Below are positions 17,838 through 25,081 of a stretch of DNA of 27,647 nt, piece after piece (position 1 is the first letter of the stretch; each line of letters begins with the position of its first letter). Below the pieces are notes generated by a model that saw only the letters and a list, made by a program, of their open reading frames with translations, searched no databases and was not told the DNA's origin. The stretch spans positions 1-27,647 of the IMG/VR virus record IMGVR_UViG_3300025018_000467. One strand, written 5' to 3'. A program made the position numbers and the translations under genes. The DNA is from a virus (Duplodnaviria > Caudoviricetes).

Positions 17838-18293
17838 ATGCAGTATTGCTATAATCACCCAACAAGAATCGAAAAAGTCTCAGGAATTAAAAAGTTGTCA
17901 GAAGGCAGATGGAAAATATCTGAGTTCTGTCCTATTTGTGAGGGTTTAGAACACAAGGTTTTTGTATGCAAAAAATGTCAATCAAAGAACGACTACTACG
18001 CTTCGCCAAATTGCTATCCTTACCAATGCGTGCATTGTCGGGATACTGGAGAGAAAAACGATGGCAAGCAAGTAGAATTTCAAACGAACCAGATCCCACA
18101 TTGGAGACTAAACATAGACGAAGCGACACCAGAGCAGGTATTGAAGGCCAAGTCAAACGACTTTGGGATGCCCACTATGAGCCGCCAGCAATGGGACAAT
18201 TATTACAAAAATACACCCTACGAACAAAGAAAGATGCAGAGCTTCAACAAGAAAAAGAAAATCGAAGATCTCGAAACTCTCAAATCGCTTTAG
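17838..18293 (+). CDS. Cys-rich zinc-binding protein (151 aa)
   Basis: CYNH, CPIC, CKKC and CVHC pairs. Confidence 0.7.
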   Translation: MQYCYNHPTRIEKVSGIKKLSEGRWKISEFCPICEGLEHKVFVCKKCQSKNDYYASPNCYPYQCVHCRDTGEKNDGKQVEFQTNQIPHWRLNIDEATPEQVLKAKSNDFGMPTMSRQQWDNYYKNTPYEQRKMQSFNKKKKIEDLETLKSL

Positions 18294-18580
18294 TTTCCAA
18301 ACACCCAGGATATAAACATCTCGTTTCTCTCTGGTCAGTAGTAGAGGCTGATTCTTTGTACAAGTTAAGACATCCAGAGCGCAAAAATCTTGAAGCAAAT
18401 GGCGAGGCAGGACTTAGTGATGAATTTTACAGGGGAAAACAAATTGGTAGACTTGAGATGATTGAAGATACTCGTTTAACAGTTATGGCTGCAATTCAAG
18501 AGTTGGCGTATGATAGAAAGTTGGAGGCTGAAAAAGCAGCCAGAAAGAAAGAAAATGAGGCCAATCAAGGGAATTACTAG
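18191..18580 (+). CDS. portal-proximal helical protein (129 aa; start reassigned to ATG 18191)
   Basis: HPGYKHL...FYRGKQIG resembles small genes found between portal and scaffold in podoviruses; the upstream extension lies inside the Zn-protein gene. Confidence 0.6.
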   Translation: MGQLLQKYTLRTKKDAELQQEKENRRSRNSQIALVSKHPGYKHLVSLWSVVEADSLYKLRHPERKNLEANGEAGLSDEFYRGKQIGRLEMIEDTRLTVMAAIQELAYDRKLEAEKAARKKENEANQGNY

Positions 18581-18896
18581 TAGACACAATCCTCTTATCA
18601 AAGATACTTGGGGTAGAGCTGAGGCTTTAGGACAAGTTGAGAAGGTAGAAGAAACCCAAGCTTTTCATTTAACTCAAAAAGAAGCTAAAAAATGTCGCTT
18701 TGTTTTAACTAACATGGATCTTAGAATGGCTGAGTGCACTGTCCATACAGATGCTTTTACTCACGGCGTTAGGATGCACCCGCCACATCTCTGGGATTTA
18801 AGAGAGGGTATTGTTTATCATCGTGAAAATATGAAAGCCCCTTGGGTTAGGTGGAGCCCTTTAGTTCACGACAATACAAAGCGTTTCCAATCTTGA
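18555..18896 (+). CDS. hypothetical protein (113 aa; start at ATG 18555)
   Basis: ORF overlapping the previous stop; contains Cys/His residues. Confidence 0.65.
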   Translation: MRPIKGITSRHNPLIKDTWGRAEALGQVEKVEETQAFHLTQKEAKKCRFVLTNMDLRMAECTVHTDAFTHGVRMHPPHLWDLREGIVYHRENMKAPWVRWSPLVHDNTKRFQS

Positions 18897-18922
18897 CAAA
18901 ATTATTGTAGTTGTATCATTAT
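18893..18922 (+). promoter_or_regulatory. possible promoter of the scaffold gene
   Basis: TTGACA-18-CATTAT, 10 nt before ATG 18933; no SD. Confidence 0.5.
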
Positions 18923-18932
18923 ATAAATACTT

Positions 18933-19907
18933 ATGCCACAAGATGTTCCACAATTCATGCAAACAATGGTAGATGAAGATGCTGGTACCGATGTACTCGA
19001 GCCTCTTCGTAACGACATCCTAACGGATGAGACAGGAGCCGATGAAAAAATTGAAGATAAACCAGTGGAAACTGATAATAACAGTGGAGAATCCAAGCCC
19101 ACAGATGTAGAAAATGCTGATGGATCTGGAGAAGATAGCAAAAAACAGGAAACTCCAGCTGATGACACAGATAAACAACCAGTTGTACCCCCAGAAGATG
19201 ATAGTAAAAAAGAAGTTCCCACAGATAATGCTAAGTCTGTTGAAAAAACTGCTGAGCAAATTGAAGCAGTTGCTAGGGGTGAAGGTAACGAAAAATTAAA
19301 GCAAGCTGTTGCGATTGCAAACAAATTCCCATTAGTTGATGTGCCAATGCCAAAGGCAAAAGATTATGTTCTTGATGATGGCTCGATTGATTTAGATGCT
19401 TATGGCAAGCAATTAATTGGCAACACTGTTATGGCTTTTCAAAAAAGCTTAATTGCTGGTCCACTTTCAGCTGCTTTGTATGGGGTTTTAAATACTGCCA
19501 TGACAGAAGAGCAAAGCGCTGGCCAACAAGAAAAAGAGGCAACTGAATATGCCTCTGGTATTTACAACAAGCTAGTTGAAAACTTTCCAAGATTAAAAGA
19601 AGACAAAGACATTGAAGAGTCTTTTGATTCTTTGCTTCAAGGCGAAAATCTTAAGAGGGCAAAGCTAGCCGAGCAAATGGCTAAAGAGGGTAAAACCTTG
19701 CCACGAATGGCTTATGAAGATTATGAAAAACTTTTAATTAAACTTGTCGGAAAACGAGAACAAAACCAAAACAAAGAAGAGCTTGATCCAGTTGAAACAA
19801 TGAAGGGTGGCGTTGTGATGAATGGTGGAATCCCAGGTACTCAAGATAGTTCTGATCCAGACATTGATGCCATGATGAGAGTTAAGTCAAAAAGTCTTTT
19901 CTCTTAA
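18933..19907 (+). CDS. capsid scaffolding protein (324 aa)
   Basis: Acidic disordered N-terminus, helical core, located between portal and capsid. Confidence 0.75.
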   Translation: MPQDVPQFMQTMVDEDAGTDVLEPLRNDILTDETGADEKIEDKPVETDNNSGESKPTDVENADGSGEDSKKQETPADDTDKQPVVPPEDDSKKEVPTDNAKSVEKTAEQIEAVARGEGNEKLKQAVAIANKFPLVDVPMPKAKDYVLDDGSIDLDAYGKQLIGNTVMAFQKSLIAGPLSAALYGVLNTAMTEEQSAGQQEKEATEYASGIYNKLVENFPRLKEDKDIEESFDSLLQGENLKRAKLAEQMAKEGKTLPRMAYEDYEKLLIKLVGKREQNQNKEELDPVETMKGGVVMNGGIPGTQDSSDPDIDAMMRVKSKSLFS

Positions 19908-20304
19908 GTTTTCTGTATTTTGGATAACAAAGTCTACACCTTCCCTTACCAATATGAGGGTATCTTGTTGAATGACACTCGATACATTCTGGGTAATGGA
20001 TGCTCCAATCAAACCTATTTTGATAATATCTCTTTTTCCCCTTCATAATTGTGTCGGCGCAATTAGTACAAACATCTAAAACAATCCCGTCAAAAGAAAT
20101 AACCATCTCTCTTGGTTGGCCACAAACCTCACAAAAATATCTTTTCATTGTGTAGTAAACATATCTTTTGCCAACTGGTGATTCGTAATAATTTTTTAAA
20201 ACTTCTGAAACTCTTTGGCGAGTGACATGTAACTTTCTACCTATTTCCGATGGTGTTTTGCCGAACTCAGCCATTAAAATCATTGTCTTTGTTTTTTTGG
20301 TCAT
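19882..20304 (-). CDS. sigma70 region-4-like HTH protein with two zinc-binding modules (140 aa; start reassigned to ATG 20304)
   Basis: GKTPSEIGRKLHVTRQRVSEVL; CEVC..CTNC; CIEC..H..CRLC. Confidence 0.75.
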   Translation of the reverse strand: MTKKTKTMILMAEFGKTPSEIGRKLHVTRQRVSEVLKNYYESPVGKRYVYYTMKRYFCEVCGQPREMVISFDGIVLDVCTNCADTIMKGKKRYYQNRFDWSIHYPECIECHSTRYPHIGKGRCRLCYPKYRKLKRKDFLT

Positions 20305-20339
20305 ACTATCACTAGACAACAAACCTTGACATTTGTCAA
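20305..20339 (-). promoter_or_regulatory. leaderless promoter of the HTH gene containing inverted repeat TTGACA-tt-TGTCAA (20326-20339)
   Basis: Minus strand reads TTGACA-17-TCTAGT-6 nt-ATG(20304). Confidence 0.6.
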
Positions 20340-20414
20340 TGTTGAGGCCATTGCCTTGCCTGGTGTCTAATAAAAGCCAGTATTAACTGTCCTATTTAAA
20401 GAAAGGATACCTTT

Positions 20415-21578
20415 ATGTCATTAGTAAGTGGAGCACGAGGAACCAACAGCGTTGGTACTGGTGTTCGCAAATACGACCATTCTGATAAGCTTTTTCTGAT
20501 TGATCCAGATTATGCTATCTTGGCGTTTTTTGCTAGAAAATTAAATAAAAAGGGCGTTATTGATCCAGAATTTAGATGGTTCGATAAAGCACAGCCTTCC
20601 AAATTTGATGCTGTCAACTATTCTACTGGTTACACCGCTGGTGATACCAATGTGATTGTTGATGATGGTACCAAATTTAGAGCTGGTGATGTCTTAATGA
20701 ATGTAACCTCTGGTGAGCATTTGCGTGTGACTGTTGTCACCACAAATACTTTAACTGTTTCCCGTGGTTATGGTTCAACTTCCGCTACTACAATTGCTGA
20801 CGATGCCGTTTTGGTCATCTTAGGTAATTCCAACGCAGAAGGTGCAAGCAAGAGAACTGCTTTGTCCAGTCAAAAAACCAAGAGAACTAACTACACTCAA
20901 ATTTTGCGTGAGCCATTTGATGTAACTGGAACTCTTGATTCCACCGAAGAATATGGTGAGGCTGACGACATGGCCCAATTAAGAAAAGAACATCTTCAAA
21001 TTCACATGAAAGATATTGAGAGATCATTTATCTTTGGTGAAGCTAAAGAAGACTTAACTGGCGCTCAACCAATCAGAACGACTGGTGGTTTGAGAAGTTT
21101 CTTGTCAACCAATGTCACCAATGCTTCTGGCACTTTAACCGAAGCTGAATTTGAAGGTTGGGTTGAAGACATCTTTGCTGCTGGCGGAGATAAGAAAATG
21201 GGCTTCTTGAGTCCTCTTATCGCTAGCGGTGTCAACTCTTGGGCCAAATCTGCTTTGCAGATGTTCCCTAAAGACAAGACATACGGCATTGCTGTCACCA
21301 AATACCTCTCTATTCATGGTGAGCTGGATTTCGTAGTCGAGAAGATGTTCTCTGAGAACACAACCTTCAATGGCTATGGCTTCGCAGTTGACATGGAGTT
21401 GGTCGGTTACCGCTACCTGAATGGTAATGGAAAGAGCCGTGACACCAAGCTTCGCAAGAGTATCCAAGCCCCTGATGCTGACGAGATCGTTGATGAATAC
21501 TTGTCAGAGCTAGGCTTCTGGTTAGCTCTTGAGAACAGACATGGTTACCTCTACGGGGTGACTAGTTACTCAGCCTAA
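20415..21578 (+). CDS. major capsid protein (SU10/DUF5309-like, HK97 fold, 387 aa)
   Basis: FRWFD, NYTQI, VTGT, DIERSFIFG and RTTGGL motifs; SD GAAAGGA; followed by a terminator. Confidence 0.93.
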   Translation: MSLVSGARGTNSVGTGVRKYDHSDKLFLIDPDYAILAFFARKLNKKGVIDPEFRWFDKAQPSKFDAVNYSTGYTAGDTNVIVDDGTKFRAGDVLMNVTSGEHLRVTVVTTNTLTVSRGYGSTSATTIADDAVLVILGNSNAEGASKRTALSSQKTKRTNYTQILREPFDVTGTLDSTEEYGEADDMAQLRKEHLQIHMKDIERSFIFGEAKEDLTGAQPIRTTGGLRSFLSTNVTNASGTLTEAEFEGWVEDIFAAGGDKKMGFLSPLIASGVNSWAKSALQMFPKDKTYGIAVTKYLSIHGELDFVVEKMFSENTTFNGYGFAVDMELVGYRYLNGNGKSRDTKLRKSIQAPDADEIVDEYLSELGFWLALENRHGYLYGVTSYSA

Positions 21579-21596
21579 ATCACATAATGTAACCTC

Positions 21597-21626
21597 AAGG
21601 GGATGTCTAAACAACATCCCCTTTTT
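21597..21626 (+). terminator. intrinsic terminator after the capsid gene
   Basis: AAGGGGATGT-ctaaaca-ACATCCCCTT-TTT, 10-bp stem. Confidence 0.88.
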
Positions 21627-21686
21627 GGTTCTATTGACAAATGTGTTTTAGTTATGCAATACTATAAACAACAAAGGAGAACAATT

Positions 21687-21848
21687 ATGGCAAAAAAAGG
21701 CAGTAAAAAAACAGCTGATAAGGTTCCACAAACCCCCAACGATGTAAAACCAGAGGTAGTCTCTGATATGGCAAAAAAAGGCAGTAAAAAAACAGCTGAT
21801 AAGGTTCCACAAACCCCCAACGATGTAAAACCAGAGGTAGTCTCTGAT
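21687..21848 (+). repeat. perfect 81-bp tandem duplication
   Basis: 21687-21767 equals 21768-21848; encodes MAKKGSKKTADKVPQTPNDVKPEVVSD twice. Confidence 0.97.
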
Positions 21849-22013
21849 GAAGTTGAAACCAAAATTGTGAATCCAGTTTATCAAAAATTTTTAAACACCC
21901 TCTCTTCTTCTGAGGCAAGTGTTGTTTCTGAGCAACCATTAAAAGGTATCCCAAGCTTTAGAAAGTTCCTAGAGAACTTAAGCGATGAGGAATTATACGA
22001 ATTGGTAAAATAA
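21687..22013 (+). CDS. hypothetical protein with duplicated N-terminus (108 aa; start reassigned to ATG 21687)
   Basis: SD AAAGGAG upstream of 21687; the ORF-track start lies inside the terminator. Confidence 0.75.
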   Translation: MAKKGSKKTADKVPQTPNDVKPEVVSDMAKKGSKKTADKVPQTPNDVKPEVVSDEVETKIVNPVYQKFLNTLSSSEASVVSEQPLKGIPSFRKFLENLSDEELYELVK

Positions 22014-22015
22014 CT

Positions 22016-22390
22016 ATGGCAGAATTTATCTCTAAATTCAAAAAATATCGTATCTGGTTAAAACCAGCTCGAACCATGCATGATGGCTTTGGTGGTCGCC
22101 ATCGTGAAGATGGCTTGTGTGCCAAGTTTGAGGATGGCAGATTTAGTACCCAAGATCAAGAAATGATTGCGCTACTTAAAAAAGCCCCAAGATATGGTCT
22201 AGATTTTAGATCAATTGACCAAGAAAAAGTTGAAGAGCTATCTGATTCAGCAAAGGCAATTCAAGAAGCAGATAAAGAAGCTCTTGAAACTGTCACTAAT
22301 TCTTGCCCTGTTTGTTCTTACAAAGCTCAAAGCTTAGCTGGTTTGAAGGCCCACATGAGAGCTAAACACAAGAACGTTGATCAAAACTAA
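22016..22390 (+). CDS. protein with C-terminal C2H2 zinc finger (124 aa)
   Basis: CPVCSYKAQSLAGLKAHMRAKH = C-x2-C-x12-H-x4-H. Confidence 0.8.
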   Translation: MAEFISKFKKYRIWLKPARTMHDGFGGRHREDGLCAKFEDGRFSTQDQEMIALLKKAPRYGLDFRSIDQEKVEELSDSAKAIQEADKEALETVTNSCPVCSYKAQSLAGLKAHMRAKHKNVDQN

Positions 22391-22396
22391 GGGTAG

Positions 22397-22431
22397 TTGC
22401 ATTTTCTTTCTAAAAATTATCTAATGGGTTT
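22397..22431 (+). promoter_or_regulatory. late-type promoter motif copy 5
   Basis: TTGCAT-tttctttctaAAAATTA(17)-TCTAAT-6 nt-ATG(22432). Confidence 0.7.
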
Positions 22432-23085
22432 ATGATTACTACGCCCAATGATTTTCTACAAGAATTAAGCGATCTTCTTAACGAAAGTACTCTTGATACT
22501 AGTACCAAAAGGGTGCGCTATTTTAATCGTGCTGCTAGGCGTGTAAAAAGAGTTAAAAAATGGAGCTGGAATAAGATTGGTGGCCAATTAACTCTAGTTG
22601 CTGCAACCCAAACCTACGATCTAACTTCTGAATTTACTAACTTCAATCCTCAATGGGGGATTTTTGAGGTTTACTTGGCTGGTGAAAAGATGACACCAAT
22701 CGACTATGACCGAAGACTCAACACTACTGGCGACAGATTTTATTTAAAACCAGATGGAAAAACCATTGGTTTTACCGCAACCATTGTTGGTGATGAGGAT
22801 ATTGTTGTTTGGTATGTTCCAAAACACACCAATGCTTCTGCTTACAACACTACTCTTGATGTTTCGATCCCAGAAGATATGCTTGGGCCAATTACTCTCT
22901 TGATGAAGTCCTATGTGCACGGCGGCAAACGCCAGAGAGCTGACGAAAGAAATGCTTTGCTTCAATATAAAGAGGAAATTGACGAAGTGGTGCTTCAAGA
23001 TGCTCAGCACAAAATTAAAGACTTACCTCAAAATGTACCAACAATTCTGACTTACAGGGGTGTCAGGCGCACATACAATTACTAA
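22432..23085 (+). CDS. head-tail adaptor (tail tubular protein A-like, 217 aa)
   Basis: Size, position, helical N-terminus (YFNRAARRV...WSW) and LTLVAATQTYDL. Confidence 0.75.
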   Translation: MITTPNDFLQELSDLLNESTLDTSTKRVRYFNRAARRVKRVKKWSWNKIGGQLTLVAATQTYDLTSEFTNFNPQWGIFEVYLAGEKMTPIDYDRRLNTTGDRFYLKPDGKTIGFTATIVGDEDIVVWYVPKHTNASAYNTTLDVSIPEDMLGPITLLMKSYVHGGKRQRADERNALLQYKEEIDEVVLQDAQHKIKDLPQNVPTILTYRGVRRTYNY

Positions 23086-23086
23086 C

Positions 23087-23121
23087 TTGCGTTTTCTTTC
23101 CAAAAATTATTCAATGAAGTC
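23087..23121 (+). promoter_or_regulatory. late-type promoter motif copy 6
   Basis: TTGCGT-tttctttccaAAAATTA(17)-TTCAAT-6 nt-ATG(23122). Confidence 0.75.
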
Positions 23122-25044
23122 ATGCAGAATAGTGGCGGACAAGGATTTTACTCTCAACTCTCAGGACAAGATCCAAGACTTAGATCTTGGAAGTATGACG
23201 GCTGGCGTTATGGCGAGAACTCATTTGCTGAGGATAATGAGATTAAAGACCAAGAATTTTACGATGGCGAAAATATCGAGTTAGTTGGTAAATCTTCTGT
23301 TCGTATGCCAAGGCGTGGTAGCAGACAATTTAGTGAAGTTGTTGGTGCTACAAAATTTAATGGCTGGGGAGTTTATAAAGATCCAATCAGCAGCACCAAT
23401 ATCATGCTGACCATGTATGACGGCAGAATGTATAAGGTTAGCGCTAGTGGCACAGTTACCGAAATTGATAATACAAAAACTTGGGACACCACCGCCAAAA
23501 TGCGTGGTATTTTGCTTCGTGGTTATTTTTACTTTGGCAATGCAATTGACTACATGGCTAAAACAGATGGTGATGCTGTCACCCGCTGGGATGCTGTCAC
23601 CGCCGCAACGCTTAATAGTGTTACTCTAACTGGATCTGGGGCCACTGATATTTATGAATATGGCATTACTGTCACAACTGATGTTGGTGAGACTGAAATT
23701 TCAAACACAATTCAAGAATATGGTCCAGGCACCCTAGATGCTACAAACTATTTTAGTGTGGTTTTTGACAGAAAAACCGATGCTAATGTTCTTGGCTACA
23801 ACATTTATCGTGCCATTAATGGCGGCACAATGACTCTACTTTCATTCCTAGATCAACAATCAGCTGGCGCAACCATGACTTATGTTGATAATGGCGCTGA
23901 GGTACAGTCGCTTATCTACGAAGCACCTACTTTCAACACCACTGGCGGCGTTAAGGGCAACATTTACGCTAAATACGCCAACTCACTCTTTATTGCTGGC
24001 AACCTACAAGAACCAGATACAGTTTTCTATGGTGGAACTGGTAGCAATTGGGAAAGCTTTAGTCCCTCACACAATGGTGGATGGGTGAAGCCTGGTCGTG
24101 GTGATGGTGAGCGAGTAACCGCCATGATTGGTTTTGAAGACTTTTTGTTTATTTTCAAGGAAAACTCTATCTGGAAGTTTGTTTTTGGCAGCGATGGTGG
24201 TCCAACACTAACTGCCGTTATCCCTCAATATGGCACCTCTTCACCAGATACAGTCTGGAGAATGGAAAAGGACATTTTGTTCTTAGGTTCTGATGGCCAA
24301 TTTAGAATTATCGGTTATGAGCCAAACCAACTAAATGTGGTCAGAGTTACTAGCATTTCAAATAGAATACAAAATAAGCTTGATTCACTCGATAAATCAG
24401 ATATGGACAGTTTATTTAGTGCTTTCTATGACCAAAAATTTATTCTCTGCAACGGCGACATTGCTTACCCTTATGATCGCAGATATACTGCCTTTTTAGG
24501 AAAGTGGACAAATCAATCTTACAAGAGGTTTTTAGTTTGGGATCAAGATACTGGCCAACAAAAGCTTTTTGGCGCTATGGATGATGGCCGTATTATGCAG
24601 CTCTTGGTTGACAATACCTACGATGATGATGGCACTTCAATTAGATCGTCATTAAGAGTTAAGCGTGTTGATGGCGGCGAAGACACCATTTTAAAATACT
24701 ACTACTCTACAAAAACCAAACTCAAGAACCCTAGAGGTGCTTTGAAGTTCTACACCTACAAAGATGGCTCAACGCTTGTTGATGAGCCAAATGTCACTTT
24801 CAATGTGGGCGGCGGTATTGACGAATACATGTTTGATGAGGCTATGTTCGATGAAGGCGTTGGAATTGACTCGGTGCCAGATGCTTTGAGTATTCTTAAA
24901 AAGAATCTTGAATTTGAAGCCTACTCTATTTATCATCAAATTGTTGTTCAAGGCAATCAATTTAATCACTGCATTATTCAAACCATGTCTGGTTTATTTG
25001 AGTACGAGGATGTTGACCACGAAAGGGATGAATTAATCATCTAG
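23122..25044 (+). CDS. tail nozzle / hub protein (tubular protein B or P22 gp10-like, 640 aa)
   Basis: Beta-propeller-like sequence (GDGERVTAMIGFEDFLFIFKENSIWK; ISNRIQ) directly after the adaptor. Confidence 0.8.
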   Translation: MQNSGGQGFYSQLSGQDPRLRSWKYDGWRYGENSFAEDNEIKDQEFYDGENIELVGKSSVRMPRRGSRQFSEVVGATKFNGWGVYKDPISSTNIMLTMYDGRMYKVSASGTVTEIDNTKTWDTTAKMRGILLRGYFYFGNAIDYMAKTDGDAVTRWDAVTAATLNSVTLTGSGATDIYEYGITVTTDVGETEISNTIQEYGPGTLDATNYFSVVFDRKTDANVLGYNIYRAINGGTMTLLSFLDQQSAGATMTYVDNGAEVQSLIYEAPTFNTTGGVKGNIYAKYANSLFIAGNLQEPDTVFYGGTGSNWESFSPSHNGGWVKPGRGDGERVTAMIGFEDFLFIFKENSIWKFVFGSDGGPTLTAVIPQYGTSSPDTVWRMEKDILFLGSDGQFRIIGYEPNQLNVVRVTSISNRIQNKLDSLDKSDMDSLFSAFYDQKFILCNGDIAYPYDRRYTAFLGKWTNQSYKRFLVWDQDTGQQKLFGAMDDGRIMQLLVDNTYDDDGTSIRSSLRVKRVDGGEDTILKYYYSTKTKLKNPRGALKFYTYKDGSTLVDEPNVTFNVGGGIDEYMFDEAMFDEGVGIDSVPDALSILKKNLEFEAYSIYHQIVVQGNQFNHCIIQTMSGLFEYEDVDHERDELII

Positions 25045-25046
25045 CA

Positions 25047-25081
25047 TTGACACTAGAGTGTAAAAATTATTCAATTGAATT
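25047..25081 (+). promoter_or_regulatory. late-type promoter motif copy 7
   Basis: TTGACA-ctagagtgtaAAAATTA(17)-TTCAAT-6 nt-ATG(25082). Confidence 0.75.

Noticed and set aside
17966-18190. N-terminal extension of the 204-aa ORF
   Set aside because: Fully inside the Cys-rich gene in another frame; ATG 18191 is more parsimonious.
17823-18929. Two TATAAATA octamers (17823-17830 and 18922-18929) matching the T4 late promoter
   Set aside because: Inconsistent spacing to the ATG (7 vs 3 nt), AT-rich context, both overlap ordinary sigma70-like -10 elements, and no gp55-like gene is visible.
21603-21686. ORF-track start of the 136-aa protein
   Set aside because: It begins inside the capsid terminator; a strong SD supports ATG 21687.
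21687-21848. Possible CRISPR or DGR-type repeat
   Set aside because: Two adjacent identical in-frame copies, with no spacers, no adenine-specific mismatches and no reverse transcriptase.
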